A DNA stretch of 64,000 nucleotides from assembly GCA_963924565.1 (NCBI GenBank), contig OZ004609.1, positions 20,770,001 to 20,834,000 of the forward strand, written 5' to 3'. The translations under genes and the position numbers were made by a program. Positions 13,397 through 25,300 of this stretch are shown here, one piece after another; the first letter of the stretch is position 1; every line of letters starts with the position of its first letter. Source of the stretch: Ascidiella aspersa (Eukaryota). The notes under the pieces are model-generated. The model saw nothing but the letters and a program-made list of their open reading frames with translations, searched no databases and was not told the origin of the DNA.

Positions 13397-14131
13397 ATGA
13401 TAAACAGCAATAGTGCAGTTTCGCCAAACCATTTAACTTCCATGGAAGAGTCTACCCCGTTAATTACGGCAAACAACTGGCTGGCAATAGCGCAGCAGCT
13501 GGAGCAAAAAGATGAGTACCAGGCAGCAATTTCGTTGCTGCACCGAGTCCTGGAAGCGGTCCAGGTGCTTAGTGACAAAACCGAACGGGCTTCAAGTCTT
13601 TCAGTGGTGGCCAACAACGCATCTTGGATGGCGGAATCTGCGCTGGAAAAGGGTTATTTGCGTTCCAACGAGCCGCAACTTCTGGCAATACTTAACGCAG
13701 CCTTAATGGGACTCGAGGGCCTCAAAGGCGATTTCAAAGGCCAGCGAAAGTTCGCTAAGGATATGGTTGACTGCATGGCGGATTTGTCAGTGTTCTTCAT
13801 CAACACTAACGAGTTTCAGCAGGCCATGGGAATCGCCGAACGGGCTTTCAAAATGGCAGAGGACTACGAATACATTGCCTGTACAACAAGTTACGGCCGC
13901 TGTATCCACTGCAAAGCCTACTGCCAAGAGCAGCTGGGTAGAAAGCAGCATGCCAGGGAAAGCTACATCAGGGCACTTCGTGTCTTCATCTCGACCGACC
14001 AGTGGAATGACAAGGACAAGGACTGCACGGTAGCGGCGCTCATGCAGCACGTCAAAAATCTGGAATGCGACGACGAAGTGCCGTCAGCTAAAATTAAGCT
14101 GCTGTCGCAGTTTCGTACTAAGAAGAAGTGA
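13397..14131 (+). CDS. Intronless TPR-like helical repeat protein, 244 aa
   Basis: Uninterrupted GC3-rich ORF in AT-rich surroundings; TPR-like helix pairs WLAIAQQLEQKDEYQAAISLLHRVL, ADLSVFFINTNEFQQAMGIAERAF and GRCIHCKAYCQEQLGRKQHARESYIRALRV; TATAAAA at 13321. Confidence 0.8.
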   Translation: MINSNSAVSPNHLTSMEESTPLITANNWLAIAQQLEQKDEYQAAISLLHRVLEAVQVLSDKTERASSLSVVANNASWMAESALEKGYLRSNEPQLLAILNAALMGLEGLKGDFKGQRKFAKDMVDCMADLSVFFINTNEFQQAMGIAERAFKMAEDYEYIACTTSYGRCIHCKAYCQEQLGRKQHARESYIRALRVFISTDQWNDKDKDCTVAALMQHVKNLECDDEVPSAKIKLLSQFRTKKK

Positions 14132-15670
14132 TTCTGTATAACGTTGCAGGCATAGCGTCCAGCTGCTTTCGCCGTGCAAAAAAAACTTGGTCCGTTTACC
14201 GCGGTTTACCGCATAAAAAAACTTACGTCTGTTTTACATTTTTATGTATCTTTGCAACTTTCTAGAAAATTGTCCTATTTGCTATTTATCAACTTTCACT
14301 AAAACGAAAATGAGTTCAGAGTTTAAAGACTCCAAATCTACCGTACCACGGTTCGCCAGTCATGTAGCCCTTGTGGACCGCTTCTAACCTAAGTAATAAG
14401 TTGTGCAGAAAACAATTTCATGCCTAATAATAATATTATTAGTCATACGGATTTTTCATGCTCGATGTACTTTATGTGTATATATTTTTAATATTTTCTT
14501 TATTAATGTATAACTCAGATTTCTAATAATTTCAGTCCATCGAGTTTAAAAATACGTACTATATTTTAAACATTTAAACAATGTTTAGCGGTAAAACCAC
14601 TTACTTAAGGGTTTGTGATTTCCATATGTTAACCTTTCAATGTTAGGCGCAGTTTTGAGCCGACAGCCAATTTTCAAAATGTCAAATCGTGTTTCTATGA
14701 CAACAAAGGAAGGGCAGGATACAATTCAACCGAATTCCCTTCCAACACTGAGGTCACGCATTGAAAAATCCCTAATTGTATGGCATTGATAGGAGTGGTT
14801 ATAAAAAATATATGTTATTTTGGCATTAAAAAAAGTATTTTATCCAAACATTAAGTAATCAAAAAACAAATAATATAAAATAATCTACAAATATCTGCGT
14901 ATAGAATTTATACTTTAAAGTTTGTCAATTATAATTATGCTTTAAATATGTCGCTGTGTATTGATATATCTATCTATTTATTGATGTATAAAAAAATTGC
15001 TGTGCTTAATATTATATTAGGCTTTTTATATGTCGGCTTATTCTCCATCCATGTTAAACTGTCGCTGTCAAAATCGTGACCAAATGCCGGTTTCTTGCTT
15101 GAATGGAGAAGTCAGCAATGCGTCTGGGTAACCTTTATTCAGTCCTCGTCTTAACCGCCAATAAACGCTGAACCGCGACAAGAAAACAGCCACCTTCCAT
15201 TTCAAATATTTAACGCTTTATAAACAACTCGATTTGGTGAACCACAAATGCTGTAGGCAGCAAGAAGAGGTGGTCTTTTTTGCAAAATGTTTAAAAGTGT
15301 GATATATAATATTTGAAAGTATAACTCAGATGTATTTTTTTTTTGTATAGGAATTGTTAACTAAAATGTACAAAATATTGTTGTATTTTAATGAAAGGTA
15401 TCTGGTCGTATAGCATACATACCATTGTGAAATCGTAATATTTAAAAAACAAAGCAAAAGTAGTGAAATTATAAAAGACAGAGCCTAGGTTGTTGTATAT
15501 TGCCAATGTCAGCATAAGTTAGTACAGGAAAAGGTAAATATACGGTCAGGTGTCATACGCCTTATTGTGTTCTCCAAGTTGTCAGTACCAGACGGTCTTT
15601 AAACAGTTGAAACATAATTTTACTGGAAAGCGTGATTGTATTGATTAATTTACGCCCGCTACGCGGAGAC

Positions 15671-15808
15671 GGGGAGTCTTGAAAGCGAAAGTGAAAGCTT
15701 TCCCAGGAACGCCTTACAAAGGAAGTCCTCCGTCATCAACAGACTAGTAGCGAAATCGATATTTAGTACTAGCTTATGTCTATGCGTTTTCGGCCTTGAG
15801 TCAAGGCC
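15671..15808. promoter_or_regulatory. Candidate immune-type enhancer (ISRE-like triple GAAA, STAT-like, ETS, palindromic AP-1)
   Basis: GAAAGCGAAAGTGAAA 15681-15696; TTCCCAGGAA 15700-15709; AGGAAGT 15720-15726; TGAGTCA inside the inverted repeat GGCCTTGA-G-TCAAGGCC 15792-15808. Confidence 0.35.
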
Positions 15809-18800
15809 ATTCCTGCGTGACAAAACAAGTCAATTTTCAGCTCTGCGCAAAGACGCGGTTGGTGTTGAGCCTTAAATGTGGTCGGAACAAACAGACATAA
15901 GCGCACTACGGCAAACCCTAAGAAACGTCAAGGAACATATATGACTGAAACAAGCGAAGCGCATCTTTTTCCAGTTTTGAACTAATGGGAAACAGCAATG
16001 GGTGTAAATCTAATATTTCGCTAGTAAAAACTAACATTTTTACTTTTTTCGCCATTGCACTTGTTTGCTGTGTAAATGTTCTCGGGGCGATAGAAACATA
16101 AAGAATGTGTGCATGAAACGCACTTTTTTGACCTGTAAGTGTGTCTTATTTAATCTTATGTTGTGAACTAGTGGCTTACGCTCGGATTGAACGATATTTA
16201 CCTAAACCGAGTCCGCGGGTCATTTCGTTCATCTCTCAAGCATCGGAAACGATTAGAACATTTTTTTGTTTGCGCTATGATCGGCCAATGAATAGCATTG
16301 ACGATTTCGACTGAAAGTCATTAAACGTTTATCTTGGCTTCTTTTAGTTTTGTGGGTTATGTTTCTCTCTTAAGTTATGTTGATCATATGGGGAAAATTG
16401 TATTTGTTTTGTAATGTTCGGCACACAGGCAAGTGACTTTTGCATAAAATGTTGGTGTCCAGTGTCCCCTGTAAGAAGTACAACTGTACAAATACCTAGT
16501 TTTTCTTGATGGGTCAAGTTTTAGTTTTCTGGGATATATAATCCTATATGTTTGAGTCATAGTCGCAGAATTACCACAGCGTTATTTGTTATAGCGTGTC
16601 GTGTCGATATTCATTTCCAGTGGCTGAAGAAAACAAATATAGCCTCTTATGTTTGTGCGCAACCACATTAACTGTGCGAGCTATTTTCCGCCTCATCTTG
16701 GTCAAATTTCAGACATTTAAGCCTCTGTGTCGCCCCCGACGTTCAAAAGTCGCCGGCGCCTGAACTCGTTGTCGAGTTTGGAAAGGCGCGTAATCTCAAA
16801 TAACAAGGTTGTGCCTTATTACACGCTTGGCAAAAGCACGTGCAAAACTTCCGTGAAATAACAGGTGCCGCTGAGACGACATCTACCTACGCCTCGCGGC
16901 TTGACGACATAGGTCGCGCTCTACTTGAACCGTGATGAGAAAAGCGCGAGGCTATACGCAGGAGCAAAGCGAAATTGCAGGCTCCTGGATTGGGAATAAC
17001 TACCGCTTTTGATCGCAAACAAATCCCCGGCTCGCCACAACAGATCTCCTGAAAATGTCGTCAAGCTTGCAGTCGAATTAAATGTGACTTTGTCGATGTA
17101 AAGGGAATGCCAGGACAAGCGGAAAATTGCCAGCTTAAAGGGATCGTGGTTAAACGAAGTTGTTTCTTCAGTCGCACCTTAGCCCTTTATATGGTTGACG
17201 TCATGACTAAAGCTGTTCCGCTGTTTATGTTTTCATATGGCAACTTTATTTCAGTCTATTTTTAGACAAAAGGCCGTCGTTTTTGCTATTTAAACATGTT
17301 TAAACCGGTTTGTTCAGTAAGTCGAGAGATTAGTCAGCTTGACGATAGACCTGTATACCCTAACGAAGATTTTGCTTTAACCGCTCTTCAGACAATAAAT
17401 TACATAGATAATAATCTGGCAGACATGCTTTCAATATAGGCTTCGTTCGATTTTTTGGACTAAGAAGGAATTTAAAGAAAATATTTTTTAATTTGGTTTC
17501 CCTTTTTAAGGTGATTTGAGGGACCGAAACTGTTTAAACGATTTCTCTAAACATTGGCTCAATAGCTGAAATTCAGTAGTCTAAAATGAAATAGTTGCGG
17601 TCTGTCAAAATTGCTGATCGGTTGCCAAATCTTAAATAAACCTGCTTATATAGGACGGAATTATACGCAGAGTACATCTACCTTGTGACCAATAATCGTA
17701 AGTCAACACCGTTATTTTTTGACATATTTTATCTTTATTCCGACTTAAAAGAAAATTACACACGCCAACAAAACATGTTTAGTCATTTGACACTTTTTAC
17801 GATCTTTAGGAAAAGTGTATATTTTTCATTTTTACAAACACATTTTGCACAAAAGTAGTTCTGTCGACGGCCATGAATATAAATAATTAAGATAAAAAAC
17901 GAATAAAATTTCCTCGCGAAAATAAATTTGCAACTATGCTATAGTTAGGATAATTAAAACTAGTTGTTTCAACCTACATAGACACAGAAACCTCTGGTTC
18001 AGCGCGATTACGAAAGGGTGCCGACGAAGTCTCGACGTAACACTGCATCCTCGTGTAAACGTCGGCGACCTGATTGTGTCATAACGGCAAATTCCGATAT
18101 CTCTGATTCTGTCGCAGTGTCGGATATATCCGATAAAGGCACCACTTTGCACACGCCGTAATGCACCGACAGGCATGTAACGGAAATCAGTAGACATCCT
18201 GTTTACCAGTAATATAGACCAATTCAACAAATCCATACATTTTCCCCTTAATGTTAAGATAAATATTGTTCTACTTTGTTGATGGCTTCAAAACGACAAA
18301 TTTCGAAGTGACAAAAATGTGACAATATAAAATATTTAGGCTTACCGGTAGTGCAGACACCAAAAATTTTGCAAACAAGTTTTAAAAGTCCATCGCTAAT
18401 TTCGATTAACATGACGTTATATTAGATTAAAAATTTAAAGAAAAGGCTAGCCTATATTAATAAAAAAAAAAACTTTTGCAGTAACAAATAATATTTTTGC
18501 ATTCAAAATATTGTGTAGAACGTAGGCAGAGGTGTTTGACTACAATCAAGTGCTTTTTGACTAGTGTCGTATGAAAACCGGGACCATGCGGAACGGTATT
18601 CCGGTAAAATATTATTTGCAGGTTCGCCCTATAGATAAAACAATGTTTTTTTATCAGGTCGTGGTCCTCTTTTACCAGGCCATCCTGCCATCTCCTTGTA
18701 TGTATTTAAACTGGGATTTTAGTTTCATGTTAGAGTACTACATCTAACGATAACCTCAGGTTGCCTGATATGTATTTAAGAAGACCTACTTTGACGTAAT

Positions 18801-19511
18801 TTTGTGACGTTATCTCTGAAAACAAAAAAAATCATCGTTTCTGGTAAGAAAATTATTTTATTTCCACATCTGTGTTTAACCTTTTTGACTTGCTATTTCA
18901 TTGACAGTGCTGTCATTTAAATTAAACCAAAGGCCAACTGCGACAATAATAGAGGGAATATTTAACGTACCAATTTAAAATGACATTGCATTTAAATATC
19001 AAAGCATTATACCTTACTTTTAAGAACAAAATTCACCACGCCTAATCAGGATGCTAAACAAAGAGCGGCCTGACAATTTCCGAGTAAAGTAAAATTTGAA
19101 TGATCTTTACATTCAAGGGGAAATTTAGTAGCAGTACAGTAGCACAGCCACATAGTTATGAGTCTTTATGACTAAGGCACTTTTGAACCCATTCTTCCAC
19201 CTTAAACTGTTTTTTATGACTTTACATACCGTACCTAAATCTATAAGTTAAAAGCGACGTATATTTTTTTACGTTTTGCGCGATTATTAACCGGTTACTG
19301 TACATAGTTGCACGACATTTGTTCGAGAACAACACCCTTCCTATGATTGCTTGAATTATGATGTCACATTTAAAAAATATTAAGATCTTGCTGAACCGAG
19401 GTTTTAATGTGTCGTCATTAATGTTTAAATGTGCCATCCTAAACATTTTTGGTGGGGTAGACCGATGTGTTGCAGCAAAAAGGACAAAATGACATTTAAA
19501 CATTAAAAGGT

Positions 19512-19582
19512 TGCATTGGCCGGGAATCGAACCCGGGCCCCCCGCGTGGCAGGCGAGGATTCTACCACTGAACCACCAATGC
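19512..19582 (-). tRNA. tRNA-Gly (GCC)
   Basis: Reverse complement GCATTGGTGGTTCAGTGGTAGAATCCTCGCCTGCCACGCGGGGGGCCCGGGTTCGATTCCCGGCCAATGCA; intact cloverleaf and A/B boxes; TTTT terminator 3 nt downstream. Confidence 0.97.
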
Positions 19583-19587
19583 AAAGT

Positions 19588-19659
19588 TTCCTACACCGGG
19601 AATCGAACCCGGGCCGCCTGGGTGAAAGCCAGGAATCCTAACCACTAGACCATGTAGGA
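19588..19659 (-). tRNA. tRNA-Glu (TTC)
   Basis: Reverse complement TCCTACATGGTCTAGTGGTTAGGATTCCTGGCTTTCACCCAGGCGGCCCGGGTTCGATTCCCGGTGTAGGAA; intact cloverleaf, anticodon TTC. Confidence 0.97.
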
Positions 19660-19725
19660 GATGCAACGTGAGCGACGAAATCAAGGCTAATTTCCTCTAA
19701 ATTATAAGGTGTTTGAATCATTAAA

Positions 19726-20051
19726 CAAGGGTTCTTAAACTGGGGTCCATGGACCCCTTGGGGGAACGTAACTAATTTCAGGGGGTCCATGAAGGCCAAA
19801 TTGAAATATTAGTGTACGTTTGAAAAGTAATCAAATTAAAAAAAGAGTTTAATTAAAAATGAAACGTTTCACCACTGAATGCTAGACTCCTTTTTACTTG
19901 AACCATCAGCATATTTCTGACAAGCTATTTGATTGTGACGTCAATTTATGAGATCCTTTTCAATATTTTCTTGCCTACAGGGGTCCAGGGGTCCACGTGA
20001 AGCAAAATATAATTTTAGGGGTACGCGGTGAAAAAAGTTTAAGAACCCCTG
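19726..20051. mobile_element. hAT-type MITE upstream of the tRNA pair
   Basis: TIRs CAAGGGTTCTTAAAC / GTTTAAGAACCCCTG (1 mismatch); repeated GGGGTCCA subterminal motifs; TSD not recognisable. Confidence 0.75.
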
Positions 20052-21359
20052 TTATAGTAGTACGTTCTTTTAATTGTAGCCTACAAAACAGTAGTTTTCG
20101 TTTGACAGAACTTCGTATTACCAAACAAAATAAGATTAAGTACGCAAACAATCCACAGGCCGGACGACTTTAACACCAAAAATGGGTATCAAATCATATT
20201 ACATGCTTTTCAACAAAACCACTAAGCTCGAGAAAACAACTAGTGTTGGTCCGACTGGTTCTGGGTTGCGCGAGTGCCTTTGTGGAATAATTGCACCTGA
20301 CAGGCCTCAATTACGTTACGCTGGAGGTTTGCTATTGTTTTCGTGGCTTTAGGGAACACCTTCAGTCACTCACGCTGTGTGATGTCATGATCCTATTTCG
20401 GGTAAAGTTGTATGTTTCTAGTTGCCCATTTTGGTTATGATTGAAGCCGTTTTTCTAACTCACAATTGTCCATTGTGAGAAATTTCATCTGAATATCAGA
20501 AAAATTCATCTGTATAGACTTCAATTGGAATATTTTGTGTCTGTTAGATTGTTATCCACTGTACTAGCCTTCCCTAATCAGTCGTTTTTTTAAAGGCCGA
20601 AAACTTCAAGTCTTGTCTATAGGCTACTGTATTGTCCAAGTCTTCATAAAAACATTTTCACTTTACCCGGACCAAAAATGTATCTACTTTAAATTCGCAA
20701 AACCCCATTTTAAAAGACTGAAAATAATATGTCTGATGAAAAACATTCCATTGGATATTCATTTGTCAGATTTAAATGTGCGTTGTTTAGCCTTGAGATA
20801 AACAACGTCAAGATCAAACTAAAGTTTTTTGTCTGAACACGTTTTTGTCAGTGCTTTTTTTAATCAAACCGTCTTGCTTTTTAAATTAACATGGTCTTTT
20901 GGAAAGACGCGTCATACCAATTGTCCCGTTGTGTCTATTCGTCGCAAATTAATTTAGGAGACGCCTCTTGTATAAACAAACTTAACGCTGACTATAGCCT
21001 ACAATAAAATCTCAATCCAGTATGTATAGCTTCCAGCTGTTTTTAATGTAAGGGAAAGTTGACTGACAAGCAAAGCACCAAAACAGTAAATGCAAATAAA
21101 ACAATGTTCTTTGATGAAAGCCAACGTCCTCATAACGAGCAACAAAGAGAACAAATACCACAGAGTGGGGAATCCAAGTCGCGCACTTCCTTATTAAAGG
21201 CGGAAACAAAAGGGATTTTGCAGCTTGCAAAAACAGTAACAACAATTAGCGCGCAATCGCTGGCTTAGCTTTTGGTAAGTTGGCAGCACGCGCGTCAGCT
21301 TAGCAGCTCTGCACGTGGCAATTTAAAATGCATCAAAGTTGACAATTGCGCACTTCTTA

Positions 21360-22310
21360 ATCCTCGAAAGTAGGAAGTTCGTTCTTGGCGTAATGCTATA
21401 AACAGCTGCCACATTTATTTTGCAAGCAAGCTGAGACGCTTTGCAATGAAAAGTCAGCCAATTAATGTTTTTGGAAAACCTTACCTTAACAAACCATTTT
21501 TGAAATGAGTTTATTGCCAATCTTGTTTAAGAATGCATTTTATTATTATGTTTTATGCGTACTAAAAATAATTACATCAAACAACATCGTTCGGGTTAAA
21601 TGATGTAGCTGAGTGTGGCGTAGTTTATTCAACACGCCGATTCCCAGGCCCCGACAATGACGCGTCGGCACAAATGACCCCAATTTGTGCCTTATTTGTA
21701 TGGAACCGGCATGGAACGAGATTGGTCGGCTCAGCGAGACGTCATTTATTAGTCGCAATTCTGCCGCAGCAAGAACAATCGAAATAGCGCGCGAGGCCAT
21801 TGTCCGTCCCATTGCCAAAGCCAGGTGACCCGATTTCGCAAAGTATGCGCCAGCCAGTTGACCGGACAAATATTTCATTCGAGTGCGACTAAAAGGGGCG
21901 ACAGACTTTAAACATACACGAGGTCCACGGGGACAAGCGAACAAGTGGAAACGCTGCACAGGATGCGGAAGTCGCAGTGCGGTAATGTGCATGGGGCTGC
22001 ACGTGCCTCTTGTGTGCAGTGCCGGCAGGATATCGCCACCTCACAAAGTCAAACACAGGCCGTGTTTGCTTGTTGCGTTTCTTACATGCTGAGATGCTTC
22101 CGTTGCGTGGACGATATGTTGAACAAAAAATAAAATATTGCATCTTAGTCACAAGCAAACAAATTATGAGTAATATTTTTAACTATGCTATCAATTTTAG
22201 AGGAAAAAACAATGAGCCTTATTTGTAATGACCAGATATTTTTTTAGTTTTATTTGAATATTTTTATTTTCATGCTGGTATCAGTACATTGGTGGTCAAA
22301 CAGTTTAAAT
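21360..22310 (+). pseudogene. Highly degenerate piggyBac/PGBD-like transposase remnant
   Basis: Broken-frame motifs in the expected order: HIYFASKLRRFAMK (cf. QYxPxKPxKxGxK), NRH-G..DWSAQ (cf. YNxxMGGVDxxDQ), FRKVCASQLTG (cf. FRxxLAxQLIG) and a Cys-rich tail SCVQC...AVFACC...RCF. Stops and frameshifts throughout; ends not resolved. Confidence 0.4.
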
Positions 22311-25300
22311 AAGTTAGCTCCATTAAACAATTCGTTAGTTGGCTAGCTTAAGTTTCATTCCAGGTTTCCATGTTTACACTTGACGCTAGTAATATGGCAT
22401 AGGTTTAACTGAGAACGCTATGTTAAAAGGCCTTTAGGTCCGGCGGTGAAATTTTAGCAAAAAAGGTGTGCATTTAAGAACTACTCAAACTTTGAGTGGA
22501 ACACTCCCTTGTTGGTTTTGCTAAGTAAGGGCCAACCTGAATTCCAAATGTAATCGCCCCGGCTAATGGCAAAGAATCGCCGCAAATTATACCGCCACTT
22601 TTTTACGTCACACAAGGACCGGGCTCTATAGTTTAGGACAATCTCTGTTTTATTTTGTTCGACACACCAGGTGTAAGAGCTGTTATTCTTCGTATAAGTA
22701 CGCCAAACCAGAAGGATACTGTCTCTTCCTGGCGCCTCTTGACCCTGGCCTTTGTGCTTTTCCTCGCCAAGGCGAGATGACACGGTTCTGTCCCAATGTG
22801 TCGGGCGTTCCCACGCAACAAAATCTCTTTCTGGGTTTGTTTGCGTAACCCAAGCGAATGTTTCGTTGTGGCGAGTACCCAAAAAAGGGTGTAAGGGTAA
22901 AGTCATTAACATTCCTTTACTGGGGTGGTCATCTTTGTAATGCTAGCCGCGGTTCAAGCTATATCAGATCATTGTCAACACGCCATAGTTTTTGTCGCTC
23001 TGAGTCTTAGGTGATTGATAATAATAAGTGTAAACATGTATATTAATAAAACTTTACATAGAGCAACTGTAATGTTTGGTTCAAACACTCATTCTTTGTT
23101 ATTCGACACTATACAATTTAAATATTTAATTGTAAATGATGGCTGTTAACATAGCAATGACGTTAGCTGAATATTTGTGTACATTATACGTGCGACTCCA
23201 CATCGTGTTTACTGTTTCGGTTACCTTATTGTAGTTTCGCTAAAAGGGAAATAAAAACACACATTTGCGTAACATTGCGCCGTCGTGTACATCTTTAAAC
23301 GTTGCTTACGGGGTCCCGTGCGTCAAAGATTGGTCATGCGTTCAACATCAATAGAATGTTGACACCCGCGAAACATTTTTGGTATACGGTAACTCACAGA
23401 ACACCAGTTGAATTATTATCAGTGTGGAGAGTTTGTACTTAATTTTCTGTTATGGCCAAGGTTAAATCGTTTCTCCTTTAAAAAAACCCGCATCTCCACC
23501 ATATATACATACGCAGTCTTGCTAAATACCAGAAGCCGCAAAAGCGACAACCTGCTTGGGCGCCATTAATGGATTCGAGGTGACAAGCATCAACAAACAA
23601 AAAGAAATCGGACAACTCGCCTTGTCACGTATATGCCATTCTGCGTCAGCGTTTTCGTTTCAGAGTTGTGGTGAACAAATGTTTTAGCCTTTTTGTTCGC
23701 GTCGTTATAACCTAAAATAACATCACTTGTATAGACACTTGTTGTTTGTTTTTGAAGGGAAGGGGCGTCGGGCGAGGGATTATCGAAGCCTGTTTATCTT
23801 TTATTATTTCGCGCGGATTAGGACGACGGGTTGTTATCGTTTTGGTCATCGTTACGCCATTGGCAGTGGAATAACAGATAACAAGCTGGAAGCTTATGTT
23901 TACGTAGGAGATTCGACATATTGTTTTTGGAATGCTGGTGTTGTTTTTACCTCACCTATAATCGCAAAGTAGATTATATCGGTGATAACGTTAAACGACA
24001 TGAATTGTCTCTTTCACAGGTGAGAAAACTATATTGTTGTATCACAAGAACCATACACTTACTTTGTATATTTTTATAGTTTCGAAAACTCATAAATATA
24101 TTTCATTTCAATTCACACAAAGTTTTGCACATTTTTAGAGTTGGATAAAATACACAACATATAATACGACTTAGACGACCAATATTGCAGCAACGTTTCC
24201 GCAGAACTTATAAATTAACTTTAGGTTGCATTTACAAATTTTATGCGGAACACAACACCGTTAACAGCTGTTTGCGGGAACAGTAATATTATCGAATACC
24301 TCTACACGAAAGTCAATTTTGTGCTATTCATTCATTGTGGTTAAATTATTCAAAATTTGCTATTTTTGGTGTACGGTATTCGTACTTCTTACATCGACAT
24401 TAAAACGTGTTAATATCAGATCTGGTTAATTCTAAAGCAGGACGCAAAATCTATTCCAGTCGAAAATCTTAATCTTTTGATCGCCAGATAGATAATAGCC
24501 TTTTACACAAAGTAGTAAAAGTAAGCCGGAACGACCAGAAACAGCATTCCCGTAAAATATATTCTGTGGAAACAGCAGTGTATCTGCCAAATAATAATTA
24601 TGGCCGGCACGCCGTACGGGCAAATAAACCTTCTGTTTAAACCAGGTCATACCGCCATATCCTTCAATGTATTAGGACGAAGATTTTAGTCGTATACTTT
24701 TGCACGACATCGAACATATATACTAAGGTGTCCTAAGGTGGTGAACATATATACTAAGGTGTTCTAACATTATTTGTTTTAGACATCCCATTATGACCTA
24801 ACTTTTGACGTCATCTATGGAAATATTTAGTTATATCGGGAGGAAAATTATTCTACTCTTACCCCTGATTAAACGCTGTGAATAACGATTTAAGCAAGAC
24901 TTGCGAAAACAAAACCGAGCCAATCACTAACAAATTTCGCCAGCAGCTGGCTCAGTTTCGCGCTGATGCGCTCCAAAATAAGTCCAGGGTTAAGCCAATT
25001 AGTGCTCGCAAAGTTACGCAACAGATGTCAAGGTCGCGACCCAAACCAGGTCTGCCGACAACTTTTGGCCCGACAGTCGTAGTTCAGAAGTTGGAAGCTT
25101 GCGCTTTACGCAAAGTACAATAGATTGACCTTATGTCAGAAATTGGACTCGTCGATTTACTTTAACCGTGCTGCATATGTTATATTTGAACCGAGTTTAA
25201 ATATAACTTGCATCTGATTTTCCTATAAAGACAACTTAAGTTCTAATAATTGGACTTCTTGGAAATTTGTTTGATAAAAAAGGTTTGACCGCTGGTTAAA

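Noticed and set aside
14695-14755. ATGA...GGAAGGG/CCCTTCC...TGAG, SECIS- or snoRNA-like
   Set aside because: Bases next to the putative quartet do not pair, there is no proper C box, and no in-frame Sec context.
15991-16075. Hairpin with miR-25/92-like CATTGCACTTGT on the 3' arm
   Set aside because: Stem is short and the loop about 45 nt; the mature 3' half does not match. It would need small-RNA reads.
22481-22912. 143-aa minus-strand ORF
   Set aside because: No recognisable domain, coding bias or splice context.
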